DNA of 64,000 bases from the human T2T-CHM13v2.0 reference genome, Homo sapiens (GCF_009914755.1 NC_060929.1), one strand, 5' to 3'; counted from the first letter of the stretch, positions 29,482 through 42,702 are shown. Notes: a model not told the origin generated them from the sequence alone. Numbers and translations: made by a program.

Positions 29482-29908
29482 CCGCAGCACTTCTTTCGGG
29501 GGGCTCCTGTTTCCTTAAGCCTAGAAGGTGTGGTCGCTCACGTTCACCGTCCCGCCTCTCGCCGCCTCCGCTCGGCAGCTCCACGCTGAGTCCCGCCCTC
29601 TCCGCCGGAGAGGTGCGCCGGGGTCAGAGCGCCGGGACCCGACGCGCGGCTCCCAAAGGGCGGCAGGAAGAGCCCAGCTGGGCTCAGCCACAGTTATCAG
29701 CAATCTGCGGGCAGAGGATGTGGAGGTTAAGATCTGGGCAGCCTCAGGGCGTTGTCCTAGAAAACACCGTTTAAGGAGAGAAGTGTTAGTGTCTCGGGGC
29801 GTCTCCCAGGCTCCGCCCTGCGCCCGCAGCCAGCGTTGTGGTCGAGACCCCAGCCCGCTGCTACTGGAGACAGCACCTCTCGCGCCCGGGCGGGCGGCCT
29901 CGTCTCTG

Positions 29909-29926
29909 CACCCCTAGGCGGCGCTG
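29909..29926 (+). promoter_or_regulatory. Second candidate CTCF motif, forward orientation
   Basis: CACCCCTAGGCGGCGCTG; 12/14 match to CCASYAGRKGGCRS. Confidence 0.45.
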
Positions 29927-30036
29927 CGCTCCTCAACACCCGGCCGGCTCCGCTTTCCCAGACGGCTGCCCAGCCTCCAGCCTAGCAAGCCCGGCTCCCA
30001 GCTGGCCAGCCCCGGCAATGCCGGCGTTCGGGAGGC

Positions 30037-30056
30037 GCAACGTCGGCGGTCGCTGA
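30037..30056 (+). promoter_or_regulatory. Candidate protocadherin conserved sequence element (CSE, CGCT box) / CTCF site
   Basis: GCAACGTCGGCGGTCGCTGA with a GTCGCT core ~140 bp upstream of the ATG, the position and form typical of clustered Pcdh promoters. Confidence 0.6.
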
Positions 30057-30191
30057 GTATCCAGCCCGCAGCAGTGACGGCCGGCAGGAGCGTGCTCTTC
30101 CCCGCGGCTCGTGCTCTCCAGGAGTCCGGAGCATGGTCCTGGGTCACCGTTGGTGTAGCGTGTTGGTGGAACGTGGACGCCTAGAGGGAGG

Positions 30192-32624
30192 ATGGTGGGC
30201 TGTGGGGTGGCAGTTTTATGTTTGTGGGTTTCCTGCGGCGCTGCAGCGGGACAGCTCGAGTACTCAGTGCCGGAGGAGACGGAGCGGGGCGTAGCCGTAG
30301 GCAATCTCTCCGCGGACTTGAGGCTGCCAGCGGCCGCTATGTCCTCGCGGAACTTTCGCTTCCTTTCCAGCCACCGCGAGCTCTACTTCGGGGTGGATCT
30401 ACCCAGCGGCAATTTGGTGGTCAGAGAGCCGGCGGACCGCGAACAGCTGTGCAGGGCCAAAGCTGCCTGCGTCTTGACCTACGACCTGGTGCTCGAGGAC
30501 CCGCTGGAGCTGCACAAGATTCGGATTCACGTCCTGGACACCAATGACAACTCACCTCTCTTTCCTGCCGGCGACGTGCAGCTGCACATCCCCGAGTTCC
30601 TGACGCCCGGAGCCCGCTTTACTCTCCCGAATGCCCAAGATGACGACGAGGGAAGCAATGGGATACTAAGCTACAGCCTAAGCCCCAGTCAGCACTTTCG
30701 CCTGGACATGGGATCGCGGGTTGACGGCAGCGAATACCCGGAGTTGGTGTTGGAGAAAGCACTGGATCGCGAACAGCGCGCCACCCACCTGCTGGTGCTT
30801 ACAGCTCGGGACGGCGGGCTACCTGCCCGCTCAGGAGACGCACAAGTCACCATCATTGTGGTGGACACAAATGACAACGCGCCTGTATTTGAGCGCTCCG
30901 TATACCGCACCAAGGTTCCAGAGACTGCACCCAATGGGACTGTGTTATTCCGAGTTCAAGCCTTGGATCCAGATGAAGGGTCCAATGGGGAAGTCCAATA
31001 CTCCCTAAGCAACAGCACGCAAGCAGAGCTGCGACACCGCTTTCACGTGCACCCTAAAAGTGGGGAGGTGCAAGTAGCTGCTTCACTAGGTCCGCCTGAA
31101 ACGCTCTTGGAGGCATACATTGAGGCGAGGGACGAAGGTGTCTTTGGTTTAGCTAGCACCGCTAAACTGCTGGTGGAGGTGACTGACGTGAACGATCATG
31201 CCCCCGAACTGGACTTCCTGACTCTTTCGAACCCAGTACCTGAGGACGCTGCCCCTGGCACAGTGATTGCTCTCTTTAGTGTAAAGGATGAAGACCTCGA
31301 TTCTAATGGTAGGGTCATTTGTGGCATGTCTAGTGCAGGCCCTTTTCAGCTGACGGCTTCCTTTGACAACTACTACAGCCTGCTGATTGATGGGCCCCTG
31401 GACCGGGAGCAGATCAGTGAATACCAAGTCCTGATCACGGCCTCAGATAGTGGCTCACCGCCACTTAGCACCCGAAGGACAATCACTGTGTCAGTTGCTG
31501 ATGTGAATGACAATACACCAAACTTTCCTCAACCCCAGCAGGAACTTTTCGTTGCTGAAAACAATGGCCCTGGGGCCTCTCTAGGCCGAGTGTTTGCCCA
31601 GGACCCCGACCTGGGGAAGAATGGCCTTGTCTCTTATGAGCTGTTGGATGTTATCTCTGAAGGGCCATCAGCCTCTAGCTTGGTGGCAGTGGAATCATCC
31701 AGTGGGGCCATCACTGCCAAAACTTCCTTTGACTTTGAGCAGCTCAGGGGGTTTCATTTCCAAGTAGAAGGCCGGGATGGTGGCATTCCTCCCAGAAGTG
31801 CAACAGTGACTATAAACTTGTTTGTGGTAGATAGGAATGACAATTATCCGGTTATCTTGTTTCCCTTGCCCAGAAATGGTTCTGTCCCAGTGGAAATTGT
31901 GCCCCGCTCTGCCAGGACTGGACACTTGGTCACAAAAGTGGTAGCAGAGGATGCTGACAGTGGTTCTAATGCCTGGCTTTCCTACCACATCTCCCGGGCG
32001 TCTGACTCTAGTCTCTTTAGAATTTCAGCCAATATAGGTGAGCTCCGTACTGCTCGCTTAGTTCTTCCCACTGATGCAGTTAAGCAGAGGGTGGTGGTAG
32101 TGGTTCGGGACCATGGAGACCCACCACTTTCCTCCTCTGTCACTCTGGGTGTGCTGTTGAGCAACTCTGTCCCTCAGTTACTTCCAGACTTTGAAGATGT
32201 CTGGGAACCAGGAGGGCAGCTTTCTGCCCAGAACTTGTATTTAGTAATTGCCTTGGCTTGTATTTCCTTTTTATTTCTGGGGTGCTTACTTTTCTTCGTG
32301 TGTACCAAGTTGCACCAGAGCCCAGGCTGTTGCGCTCAGAGCTGCTGTCGCTCTACAGAGGATCTGAGGTATGGAAGTAAGATGGTTTCAAATCCTTGCA
32401 TGACATCAGCCACCATAGATGTCACTACAGTTGAGAGACTTTCTCAGACTTATCTCTATCGGGCCTCTCTGGGACTTGGTTCTGATAATAACAGTTTGCT
32501 GTTGCGTGGGGAGTACAATGCTGCCGACCTGCGAAATCTTGCCACTGGGGTAGGACTGAATTTGCCAATATCCTGTATTCAGATTCGGAATAGGAAAGGG
32601 GATCACGCTAATGTCAATGCCATG
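30192..32624 (+). CDS. PCDHAC1: Protocadherin alpha-C1 variable exon coding region (811 codons: signal peptide, 6 cadherin repeats, TM, variable cytoplasmic part); splices in phase 0 to shared alpha constant exons outside the window
   Basis: 818-aa ORF MVGCGVAVLCLWVSCGAAAGQLEYSVPEE... Cadherin motifs DTNDNSP, DTNDNAP, DVNDHAP, DVNDNTP, DRNDNYP, LDRE/DFE; EC1 C-x5-C; TM LYLVIALACISFLFLGCLLFFV; EC3 GPP characteristic of alphaC1; donor ATG|GTAAGC at 32624/32625. Confidence 0.97.
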
Positions 32625-32648
32625 GTAAGCAAATTTTATGGAATTTGA
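30192..32648 (+). CDS. PCDHAC1: Unspliced read-through (short, 818 aa) PCDHAC1 isoform lacking the constant cytoplasmic domain
   Basis: Frame continues past the donor as VSKFYGI-TGA; AATAAA at 32866 and 32902. Confidence 0.55.
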   Translation: MVGCGVAVLCLWVSCGAAAGQLEYSVPEETERGVAVGNLSADLRLPAAAMSSRNFRFLSSHRELYFGVDLPSGNLVVREPADREQLCRAKAACVLTYDLVLEDPLELHKIRIHVLDTNDNSPLFPAGDVQLHIPEFLTPGARFTLPNAQDDDEGSNGILSYSLSPSQHFRLDMGSRVDGSEYPELVLEKALDREQRATHLLVLTARDGGLPARSGDAQVTIIVVDTNDNAPVFERSVYRTKVPETAPNGTVLFRVQALDPDEGSNGEVQYSLSNSTQAELRHRFHVHPKSGEVQVAASLGPPETLLEAYIEARDEGVFGLASTAKLLVEVTDVNDHAPELDFLTLSNPVPEDAAPGTVIALFSVKDEDLDSNGRVICGMSSAGPFQLTASFDNYYSLLIDGPLDREQISEYQVLITASDSGSPPLSTRRTITVSVADVNDNTPNFPQPQQELFVAENNGPGASLGRVFAQDPDLGKNGLVSYELLDVISEGPSASSLVAVESSSGAITAKTSFDFEQLRGFHFQVEGRDGGIPPRSATVTINLFVVDRNDNYPVILFPLPRNGSVPVEIVPRSARTGHLVTKVVAEDADSGSNAWLSYHISRASDSSLFRISANIGELRTARLVLPTDAVKQRVVVVVRDHGDPPLSSSVTLGVLLSNSVPQLLPDFEDVWEPGGQLSAQNLYLVIALACISFLFLGCLLFFVCTKLHQSPGCCAQSCCRSTEDLRYGSKMVSNPCMTSATIDVTTVERLSQTYLYRASLGLGSDNNSLLLRGEYNAADLRNLATGVGLNLPISCIQIRNRKGDHANVNAMVSKFYGI
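32622..32630 (+). other. PCDHAC1: 5' splice donor of the PCDHAC1 variable exon
   Basis: ATG|GTAAGC, near-consensus donor; exon CDS length 2433 = 811 codons. Confidence 0.9.
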
Positions 32649-33692
32649 TTCCTTTGGCCCGGAGATGGCTGCTAGCTGTGTTTTGAAATATTTCTTAGAC
32701 AAGCCTTTCACAACATTTCATCAATTGAATTAAACACTCCTTCTTAGCACTTCCTGTGCCAAGAAATCTGGAAGTATAGAAGTATTAGAAGATTGCCCTA
32801 GGCCTCAAGGGACTTATAGTTTATTTTTGAGAAACAAAGGCAAAAATTAAAACCTATTTAAGAACAATAAAAGTAATATGACATAAAGGTCTAAAATTAA
32901 AAATAAAATACCAAAATATTTTATAAGCAACAGATGTGTAAGGCACTCTAATATTTAAAGTGAAGAATGAAAAATATGTAAGAGTCTGCTTTATATGAAT
33001 ATAATATGGAAGGTGAAACATTTACTTAAACTATTGCAATGCATTATTAAAAGATGACGATAACCACAAAAGATGTAAAAATAAATTACAATGGGGGTTA
33101 AAAGAAGGGAGAAAGGGAACATAAGAGAACATTTGAGTGAGGAGGAAGGAGTCAGAGAAGGCTTTGTGATAGAGATCACAGATTTAGTTGGATCTTTAAT
33201 ACGATATACCATTTAATAAAAAACAGTGTATTCTCTAGCCTATACTTTTAATGAATACCATTTTGGTGAAGGTGTCTTCTTTGGGAATGACACCCTAAAA
33301 CATAGCTGATAGCTCCATAGCAGTGTTTTGTAACTGCTTTGGAGTTTTTGCTTACACAAAAACTGTAAGCCTCTCTCATAACATCTATTTATACTGATAG
33401 GAGATCATATTGTTGGATATAGGACTTGACAACCTTTTGTTTTGTGTTTCTATTGATAATATTTTACAAAGAGGAAAGATGAGTAATTTTTATGTCAGAA
33501 ATATTTATGTGTTCAAAGGTGCACTTACCATCCAAAGTCCATTCAACTTGGATTTAATTTCTTTTATTTTAGGGGACAAATACACTTAACAAATAAGTAA
33601 ATATCATATTTGAGAGTAATGTATCTAATGAAAGTTAAGTGATTCAAATATTTCAATTTATCTGTTAGTGGCCCTTGGCATTTCAAAACTTC

Positions 33693-33820
33693 TTTTTTTT
33701 TTTTGAGACAGGGGTCTCACTATGTTGCCCAGGCTGGTCTCAAACTCCTAGCCTCAAGTGATCCTCCCACCTAGGCCTCCCAAAGTGCTGGGATTACAGG
33801 CATGAGCCACTGCAGCTGGC
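33693..33820 (-). mobile_element. Alu monomer (FLAM)
   Basis: Left monomer; TSD aaacttctt. Confidence 0.82.
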
Positions 33821-36800
33821 CCTCAAACTTCTTGAGTGCAGTTAGGACAACATTTTGAAGCAATTCTACGGTATTACTTTTTGACTTCTCATAGAAATCC
33901 TAGATGCAAGAGAAGGAGGTGTGTAGAAATTAAGGAAGGAAAATGAAGCATTCCTTGTTTTACTATTCTAGGCAATAAGGGGAAAAGTGGCTTGTAAGTT
34001 ATTCTTCCTCAAGTAATGATGTTAACTGCAAATAAAATAAATTTACATATGTTAAAATTTTCTGTACTTAATATTTTCACAATATAATAGAATCCAGCAT
34101 ATAAGATATGCTTAGTAAATGCTGACTGAATGAATAAATATGTGCATATATGAATTGGATGGTAACACTGTTCAACACAGAGGGAAAAACTTTAACTTAC
34201 TTTTCTACTTTAGATGTGTATATGTGGTTAACAGTTTAAAGGTCACTTTCAAATGTACTGTTTCAATGATTATTTTCTTCCTCATGACCTACACTAATAA
34301 CATAACAGAGGAATTTTCTGATTGTAGAGCTAGCAAGAAAAACTTCAATGCTGTGTCTGGGACTAAGTATGAGTCCAGTTCTACAGATGACAAAGGAATT
34401 AATAGGTATGCACATCATTACATTGTGATATTTGCAGTGGATACTATTTAATAGAATCTCAGTTAATTTTAGGGAAGGAAATTGGTGCACTACAATGCTA
34501 GTATTTCAGGTATCAGAGCACTTAATATGTGAACACTTTTCCTACCAAGAAATTTCACTATTTATTTCTTTTATTTTCATTGCTTTCTGTAACAAAAAGA
34601 GAGGAGAATACCAGTAATGGCTGTAAAGTTTGGGAGTGAGGAATTTTTTTTAGAAACACATTTTCACTAGACTAGAAAGGAAACATAAGTAAGCGATAGG
34701 AAGGCTGATGAATCTAGAAGTTAGAAGGAAAATTAGCTATTTAAAAGGAAAAATATAGGAAATGACAGAGGAAAAAACAACCCTTCAAACCAAATTTTTA
34801 AACATATATGAATGATTAACAAAATAATAGAGATATACTGTTCATATGTGCAGGAATATTGTACCATCCCATTCATTCAGTTGAACAGTCTTTTTCCATC
34901 ATTGTTGATATTTTGCTTTTTAGGTAGCTCATTGGTCTGCTAATAATTGTTGTGGGCTGGATATTTCCTTATAAATAAATGAATTGTGATTCATAAAACC
35001 ATGAATAAAATAACTTCTATAAATATGGGGTATTTGTAATTCACAAAGGCATTTGTTATTTACTTCTTCCTGTTCAATTACCTATTGATCTGATCTTAAT
35101 TCTTTAGAAAAGAATTCTTGTCATAGTATCCTGAATGCCTTAATAACAACAGGATTCTAGAAATAAAATATTTATTGCTTTCATTTTATTTCAAATCATT
35201 TGAAAAGCATGACATTTAACAATGATTATAATGTGTGTCTGAGTCTTACAGAATCATGTTGATGCATATGTGTTTATATTTTGCTCAAATTCTAAGTTCT
35301 TTCATTTTAGTTTACGGTAAGTTTACAGTATATATTAACATAGCCTGTAATACTAAAAATTATCAGTTTAAGAAATTCAGGAAAACATGGTTTTTATCTC
35401 TGTATTTCCAATTGATAATATTTAAGATATAAACAAAATTGATTCACTGATTGTATAACAATTAGACAATGTGTACCTCATGTCCATTTTTTTCTGTTAA
35501 TATTCTTGATGGGCAATTTAAATTTTTTAGAATGGTATCTAAGAGGGTACCTCTGAGATATAAATTTCTACTTATTAAAAACTGCATTGACAATTTTTAA
35601 AGGTATAAATATATTAATGTAGCAAAAATGCATGAAACACTTACCATACAACTGGCCTTATTAAATTTCCACATGAAAGTTATACATAGTTTCAACATAC
35701 CAATGTTATATTAGTGTATTGTTCACCTGGAATTAAAGCATCTTCTTTTTTGCCAGGGTATATAGGAAATAGGATATCTCCTCTTTGCAATGTCATTTGT
35801 TAACAGTAGTAGAATGTTTGTGGCATTCAAGGTGCTTTATTTAACATACATTCCACAAGTAGACTTTCCCATAGGGTAATTAGATGTTTTGTATATCTAT
35901 TTTGACTTTGAAGCTGATAACCACACTAAAAAACTTTAGAATGATGAAACTAAGGAAGTTTGCATGACATATGAAATATATTCAAATTAAAAAACTCATA
36001 TAGACAACACAATAATATTGTATAATATAGACCCTCAAATCAGTAAAAAGGAAAGAAAAAGAACATTATAATTTGAGTGGACATAAGAGAAAAGCAATAC
36101 CTTGGAAACATATAAGTGGGAAAGTATTGACAATGTGTCTCATAATGTTAATGACTTATTGTCTTTTGTTGTCTTCAATATTTTCAGTTAGAGGGAAACA
36201 ATAATATTTCAACAACTAAATTAACTTAGCTAGGTTGGAATGAAGGTGGACTAAATTGCTGAAAGGTTTTTACAATGCTCAAATGCATGTCATATGAATA
36301 TCGGAAATATTAACACTTGGCAGAACTTCAAGTGAATATGGATTACAGTCCAGGATCCTGACTAAAGTATTATGGGAAGTAAGGAATTTGTTGGTAAAGG
36401 TTGTTCTTAAGAAACAAAGCTAAATAATAAAGGTAGATAGCCACTCATTTTGTTCCCAATTTTAATTGATGGCATAAGATAATGGTTCAGGATATAAATA
36501 AATTACATGTCTCTGTTATATTGCATTTATGAAAAAGAAAGGACTATAAACACAAAAGGTTATTATATATTCATTTGGAACTTGTTTTGGAATCTGGAAA
36601 TAAATATGCAATCTCGTATTCTCCTGTGCTGTAGAGAAAGATAAACACTTTATTTCTAACCCATCCCAAATTCCTTGGCTGTTCCTAGAGCCATCTGGTT
36701 ACCATCTACAGATATTCTGTGTTCATAGGGGCACTCTAATGACATACCTTCAAAATATACTCTGAATTCAAACACATTATGGTTATTCTTTAGAATTGTT

Positions 36801-39160
36801 AAGCAAAGACTACAGCTGTTTTGTTTAAACTCAAAATAATGTTAATATAAAATAAAAACCAATTAAGAAGTCTTAATAGTGGGTTTTTAGGTTGATTTGT
36901 CTTTTTCTTTTCTTATTAGGTTAGGCTGGCCCTGTTAAACAAGTTGGAAATCCTGTCTCTCTCTCTGTCTCTCTCACATTTTTTTTCCTATTCCTCGGAC
37001 ACATTTACTGAGATTGGTGATACAGCTTTCTTAAATATTTGGTAGAATTCACTAGTGAAGCTCTCTGTACCTACAGTTTTCTTTGTAGGAAAATTTTAAT
37101 TGAGATCAAATTTCTTTGTATTTTTATTGCTCCTATTTCATTCCTGTACCTTTAATTTTTTCAGATATATGTTAGTTTTATCTGTACTTTTGAATATTTT
37201 GGCATAAAGTTGTTTATAATGTCCTGTTGTGACTTTTTTTCACATCTGCAGGATCTGTAGTGATGTTTCCCTTTTCAATCCTGGTGTTAGTGTCACCTCT
37301 CATTTTTCTTGACTAGACTTGGAAGTAGTTTATTAATGATATTAGTCTTTCCAAGGCTAACTTTTGGTGTTTTGGGTTCGCTTTGTTGTATGTTTGCTTT
37401 CTATTTTATTAATTTTCATACTTTATTAATTTATTTCCTTCCTTATATGTTTATATTTCAGTGTGCAACAGAAGTACTCTAAACATACTTTTCATTTCTA
37501 TTTCCTCACACAAAATGTTTAAAAGATTTGTACTTAATTGTGGAGATTTATCAAAATTAATAATAATCAGTGCTTCATCAAGGGCATTCTTACTGGTATT
37601 TTTCTTACTGCAAATGTCCAATCATGAATGTAATAACCACCAGTACAGTGTGGAGCCACTGCTTTGACTCCTTCTGTGGTTCTATGGTGGCCAGCTTTAC
37701 CCACCAATGCTTTTGCATTATCAATGCAAGTGTAAATATAGTGAAAAATGCAAATAATGTTTTAACATTATTTTGAAAATTATATTCACCTCATAAACAC
37801 CCAAAGCGTCCATAGACCACACTTCGAGAGCTACCGTTCTAATTCTATCATTTCTTCTTTTTTTTAATTAATTGTAACATTTCTGTAATGGGTCTTCAAC
37901 TATTTGATTAGCCTGAGGTACAGTTCACACAGGAAAGGCAGGATAAATGTTTGATTCTTCCCCTTTGTTTAGCAGTATTCAAAACAATGAATTGATGCCT
38001 GGCCATCTTACAAAAAGGACCAAGGCCTTTTTTAGGTGTCATTATGAACTCATTGACTTAAACATATTTGATATGGCCCAATCCATGTCAATTATCTTTT
38101 TAATGATCAAATTATGCTAACTTTGGCAAGTTGGGAACTGTTCAGCTTTGCTCCTGAGTCTTTGTGAGTGTGTTTGTGTATCTTGTTTTAAACCTTTTAT
38201 TTTGGAATAATTATGGATTCACATAAAGTTACAAAACTAGTATAGAGAGATCCCATGTGCTTGTCACCCACTTTTCCCCAGTGATAACACCCTGAATCCT
38301 TTTCATGTGAGTCTTAATAGTCTTTTGAATGCTTCCTTGATTTCTGGTATTACAAGATGTTCAGATTATCTTGTACATTTCCTTTCCCAGAATCAGCCAT
38401 TTTTCAAAGAGCTTTCACTTATTTTTAGTGAAAGATGATACTTAGAGATATAATCTCAACAACAGGTGTGCTTATTGCTGCTGGGTCAGTTGCTGTTTCT
38501 AGGTATCTTCAGCTACTGAGCTAAGGGATGTCTATTTTTTAAAAGATAAAATACATCACATGTTTATACTAATCTAATAAAGTTCAGCACTCCGAGGTTT
38601 TTACTTAACTTCATCAATCTTACATTCCTATTTCTCCCATACGTCAAATCCCAGTTTTCATTAACGTCAACAGAATTACTCATTTGTTATCCCACGGGAC
38701 TCAAACAATGGACTTAGAAAACAATTTCAGCACTACAGAAATAATATGATACTGTAGCAGTTTAAGTTTTTGTCATTCTTTTCATTTATAAGGCACATCC
38801 TTACAAATGCCCAGTAGGCATGTACAGTCAAATTATTGTGTTTTAAAGTATCTTGGAAAAGTTCCTCTCTGTGTAGTTAAGCCACCAGCTAGATACAGAG
38901 CTAGGCTTTTTTCAAGTCGCTTTCAAATTTAGGGCTTGCTTTTTAAATTTTAATTTTCTTTTATAATTATGTGAAATATTTACATGGCTCCAAAATAAAC
39001 TTATAAAACAAAATATATTTAGAGAAGTCTAGTATCTATTATTCCATACAATACACATTCTTCCCCACTTTGAGTTTTTTCACTTAAAAATATAAACGAG
39101 ATTATTTCATAGTAGTATAGTATTTACACATATTCCATACTTCTTAATGGTGTCTTTTGA

Positions 39161-39496
<336 letters not shown>

Positions 39497-39592
39497 AAAG
39501 TTGTCTTTTTTATTTAGTATTCTTTCTATCCTTTTAAAGAAAACATATCCTGCTTCAAGTCATGAAGATATATTCCTGTGTTTTCTTCTATA

Positions 39593-39778
39593 ACATTGCT
39601 ATCCAATAGAACTTTCTGACATGCTATAAATTTTCTCTATCTGCATATATGGAATGTGTAGCTACTGAGCACTTGAAATGTGGCTAGTGAAACTGGGCTA
39701 CTCAATTTTTAATGTTACTAATTTTAATTAATTTAAGCTTAAATAACCACATCTGTTTAGTGGTTGCTGTAGTTCTGG
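39593..39778. mobile_element. MER3-like hAT DNA transposon
   Basis: ctatccaatagaactttctg...gctactgagcacttgaaatgtggctagtg. Confidence 0.6.
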
Positions 39779-40262
39779 AAGCTTTCTTGTTTTAACTTGC
39801 ACATTTAGATCTTAAATTACCTGAAATTGCTTTTGAATATAGTGCAATGTAGAAGTCAAGATTTATATTTTCCACTTGTAAATCCAGTTAGATTGCCTAC
39901 TTTCCTCGCTGCTACTGTGCAGTGCTACCTTTGTCATAAGCAACGTGACTTTATATATTCTGTTTCTGGACTGTCTATTCTGTTTCATTGGTCAACTTGT
40001 CTATTCTTGTGCCAATACATTCTGTGTTAAATATAGTAACTTTTCATTTGTATTGATATCTAATTGTGTAAGTTCTCTCACTTTGTTATTCTGCTTCAAG
40101 ATTAACTTAGCTATTTTTGGCCCTTTGCATTTCTATATAAATTGTAGATTCAGCTTCTCAGTTTCTATTTTAAAAAACCCTGCTTTGATTTTAATTGGCA
40201 CTATATTGAATCTGTAGAAAATATGGGGTATATTGAAAATATCTTATTTTGATCTTTATTGA

Positions 40263-40640
<378 letters not shown>

Positions 40641-40762
40641 TTCTTCCATTTATTTTATTATTTTATCTTAATGTTTATGTGTGTGTATGTGTATATAGGG
40701 GTATTGCACAACTTTTATTAGATAGCTGATATTTTAATGCTATTTTAAAAGTTTAATTTTAT

Positions 40763-41233
<471 letters not shown>

Positions 41234-41388
41234 TTAATTTGATAATTGGCTTTTGTTGAAAGTATATAGAAATAATACTGATTTTATGTTAACTTTGTAT
41301 CCAATGTTCTTGCTAAATAGTAAAATCTCATATTTTTATATTTTGGGTTTTCTACATATACTGTCATGCTATTCCCAAATAATGTTAG

Positions 41389-41571
<183 letters not shown>

Positions 41572-42049
41572 TAGTTTTCTTGCTTTCTGTCATTGCCTAT
41601 GAAATTCAGTATAAAATTGAATAGAAGTAATGTTAATGGATAATCTTGTCTTATTCCTGGTCTCAGAGAGGAAGTTTTTAAATATTTAATATGAAATACA
41701 TTGTTTGATTGGGTTTATTTGCAAAAATCCTTTATCAGATTTATTAAGTTCCCTTTGTTTTTTAATTTATTATGTTTTTTAAAAATCATGAATAGGCATT
41801 GAATTTATCACATATTTTCTGTTATTGAATGGATAATATGGATTTTTATCCTTTTATTTTATTAATAGCATGCATTATATTGGTTGATTTGTTAATGATA
41901 AACCAATCTTGCATTCTTGGAATAAACTCAGGTTGCTTATGATGTATAATCCTTCTTTATATCATTAGACTTAGTTTCCTAACATTTTCTTTACAGTTTT
42001 TAAATATATGTTTATGATAGAAACGCGTTTCTACAGAAAAAAATAATTA

Positions 42050-42223
42050 TTTTTAAAGGCATAGTTATTGGGTACTAGACTTAGTACCTGAATGATGAAA
42101 TAATCGGTACCACAAACCCCTGTGACATGAGTTTGCGTTATAACAAACCTGCCCATGTACCCCTGAACTTAAAAGTTAAGAAGCAACACACACACACACA
42201 GATGCGCACACACACACACGCAC
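42050..42223 (+). mobile_element. Short old L1PA 3' end plus (CA)n
   Basis: ttagtacctg.atgatgaaataatc...acaaacctgc.catgtacccctgaactt; CA run at 42186-42223. Confidence 0.65.
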
Positions 42224-42345
42224 AAGAAATTGGCTTTTAACTTTCCATTCTTATAATGCTCTAGTCGGAGTTTGGCATCAAGGCTATCCTGGCTTTATAT
42301 AGTAAGTTAAGAAGTGTTACTTTTCTTTTACTTATTCGGAAGAGT

Positions 42346-42702
42346 TGTCTTAGTCCATTTGGGCTGCTATATCAAAATAGCATAAACTGGGTGGCTTAAA
42401 AACAATAGAAATTTATTTTTCACAATTCTGGAAGCTGGAAAGTTGATGATCAAGGTCCTGGCAGATTTGTGTCTGGTAATGGCCCACTCCCTGGTTCATA
42501 AAACAGAATGTCACCTTCTTGCTGTCTCTTCACCTTCTGGAAGGAGCAAGGTAGCTCTCTGGAACCTCTTTTATGAGAGCTGTGCCCTCGTGATCTAATC
42601 ATCTCTACAAAAGCCCTACCTCCTAATATCATAATCTTAGGGGTTAGCATTTCAACTTATGATTGCAAAGGAGGAGGGAACACAAACATTCAGATCATAG
42701 CA
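42346..42702 (-). mobile_element. MLT1A-type MaLR solo LTR
   Basis: tgtcttagtccatttgggctgctata...cattcagatcatagca. Confidence 0.75.

Larger units (their letters stand above)
29250..30920. promoter_or_regulatory. CpG island / PCDHAC1 promoter and 5' part of the exon
   Basis: Abrupt switch to GC-rich, CpG-dense sequence with GC boxes (CCCGCC) against CpG-depleted AT-rich flanks; boundaries approximate. Confidence 0.85.

Noticed and set aside
29428-29490. Direct repeats as a CRISPR-like array
   Set aside because: Only two units with no unique spacers; eukaryotic context; no cas genes
30110-30143. Split REST half-sites (GTGCTCTCC ... TGGTCCTGG) in the 5' UTR
   Set aside because: Spacer of ~14 nt and mismatches make the match too weak to call
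29134-30304. Many overlapping 60-149 aa ORFs on both strands upstream of PCDHAC1
   Set aside because: Expected from stop-codon scarcity in a GC-rich island; most start at non-ATG codons and show no domain
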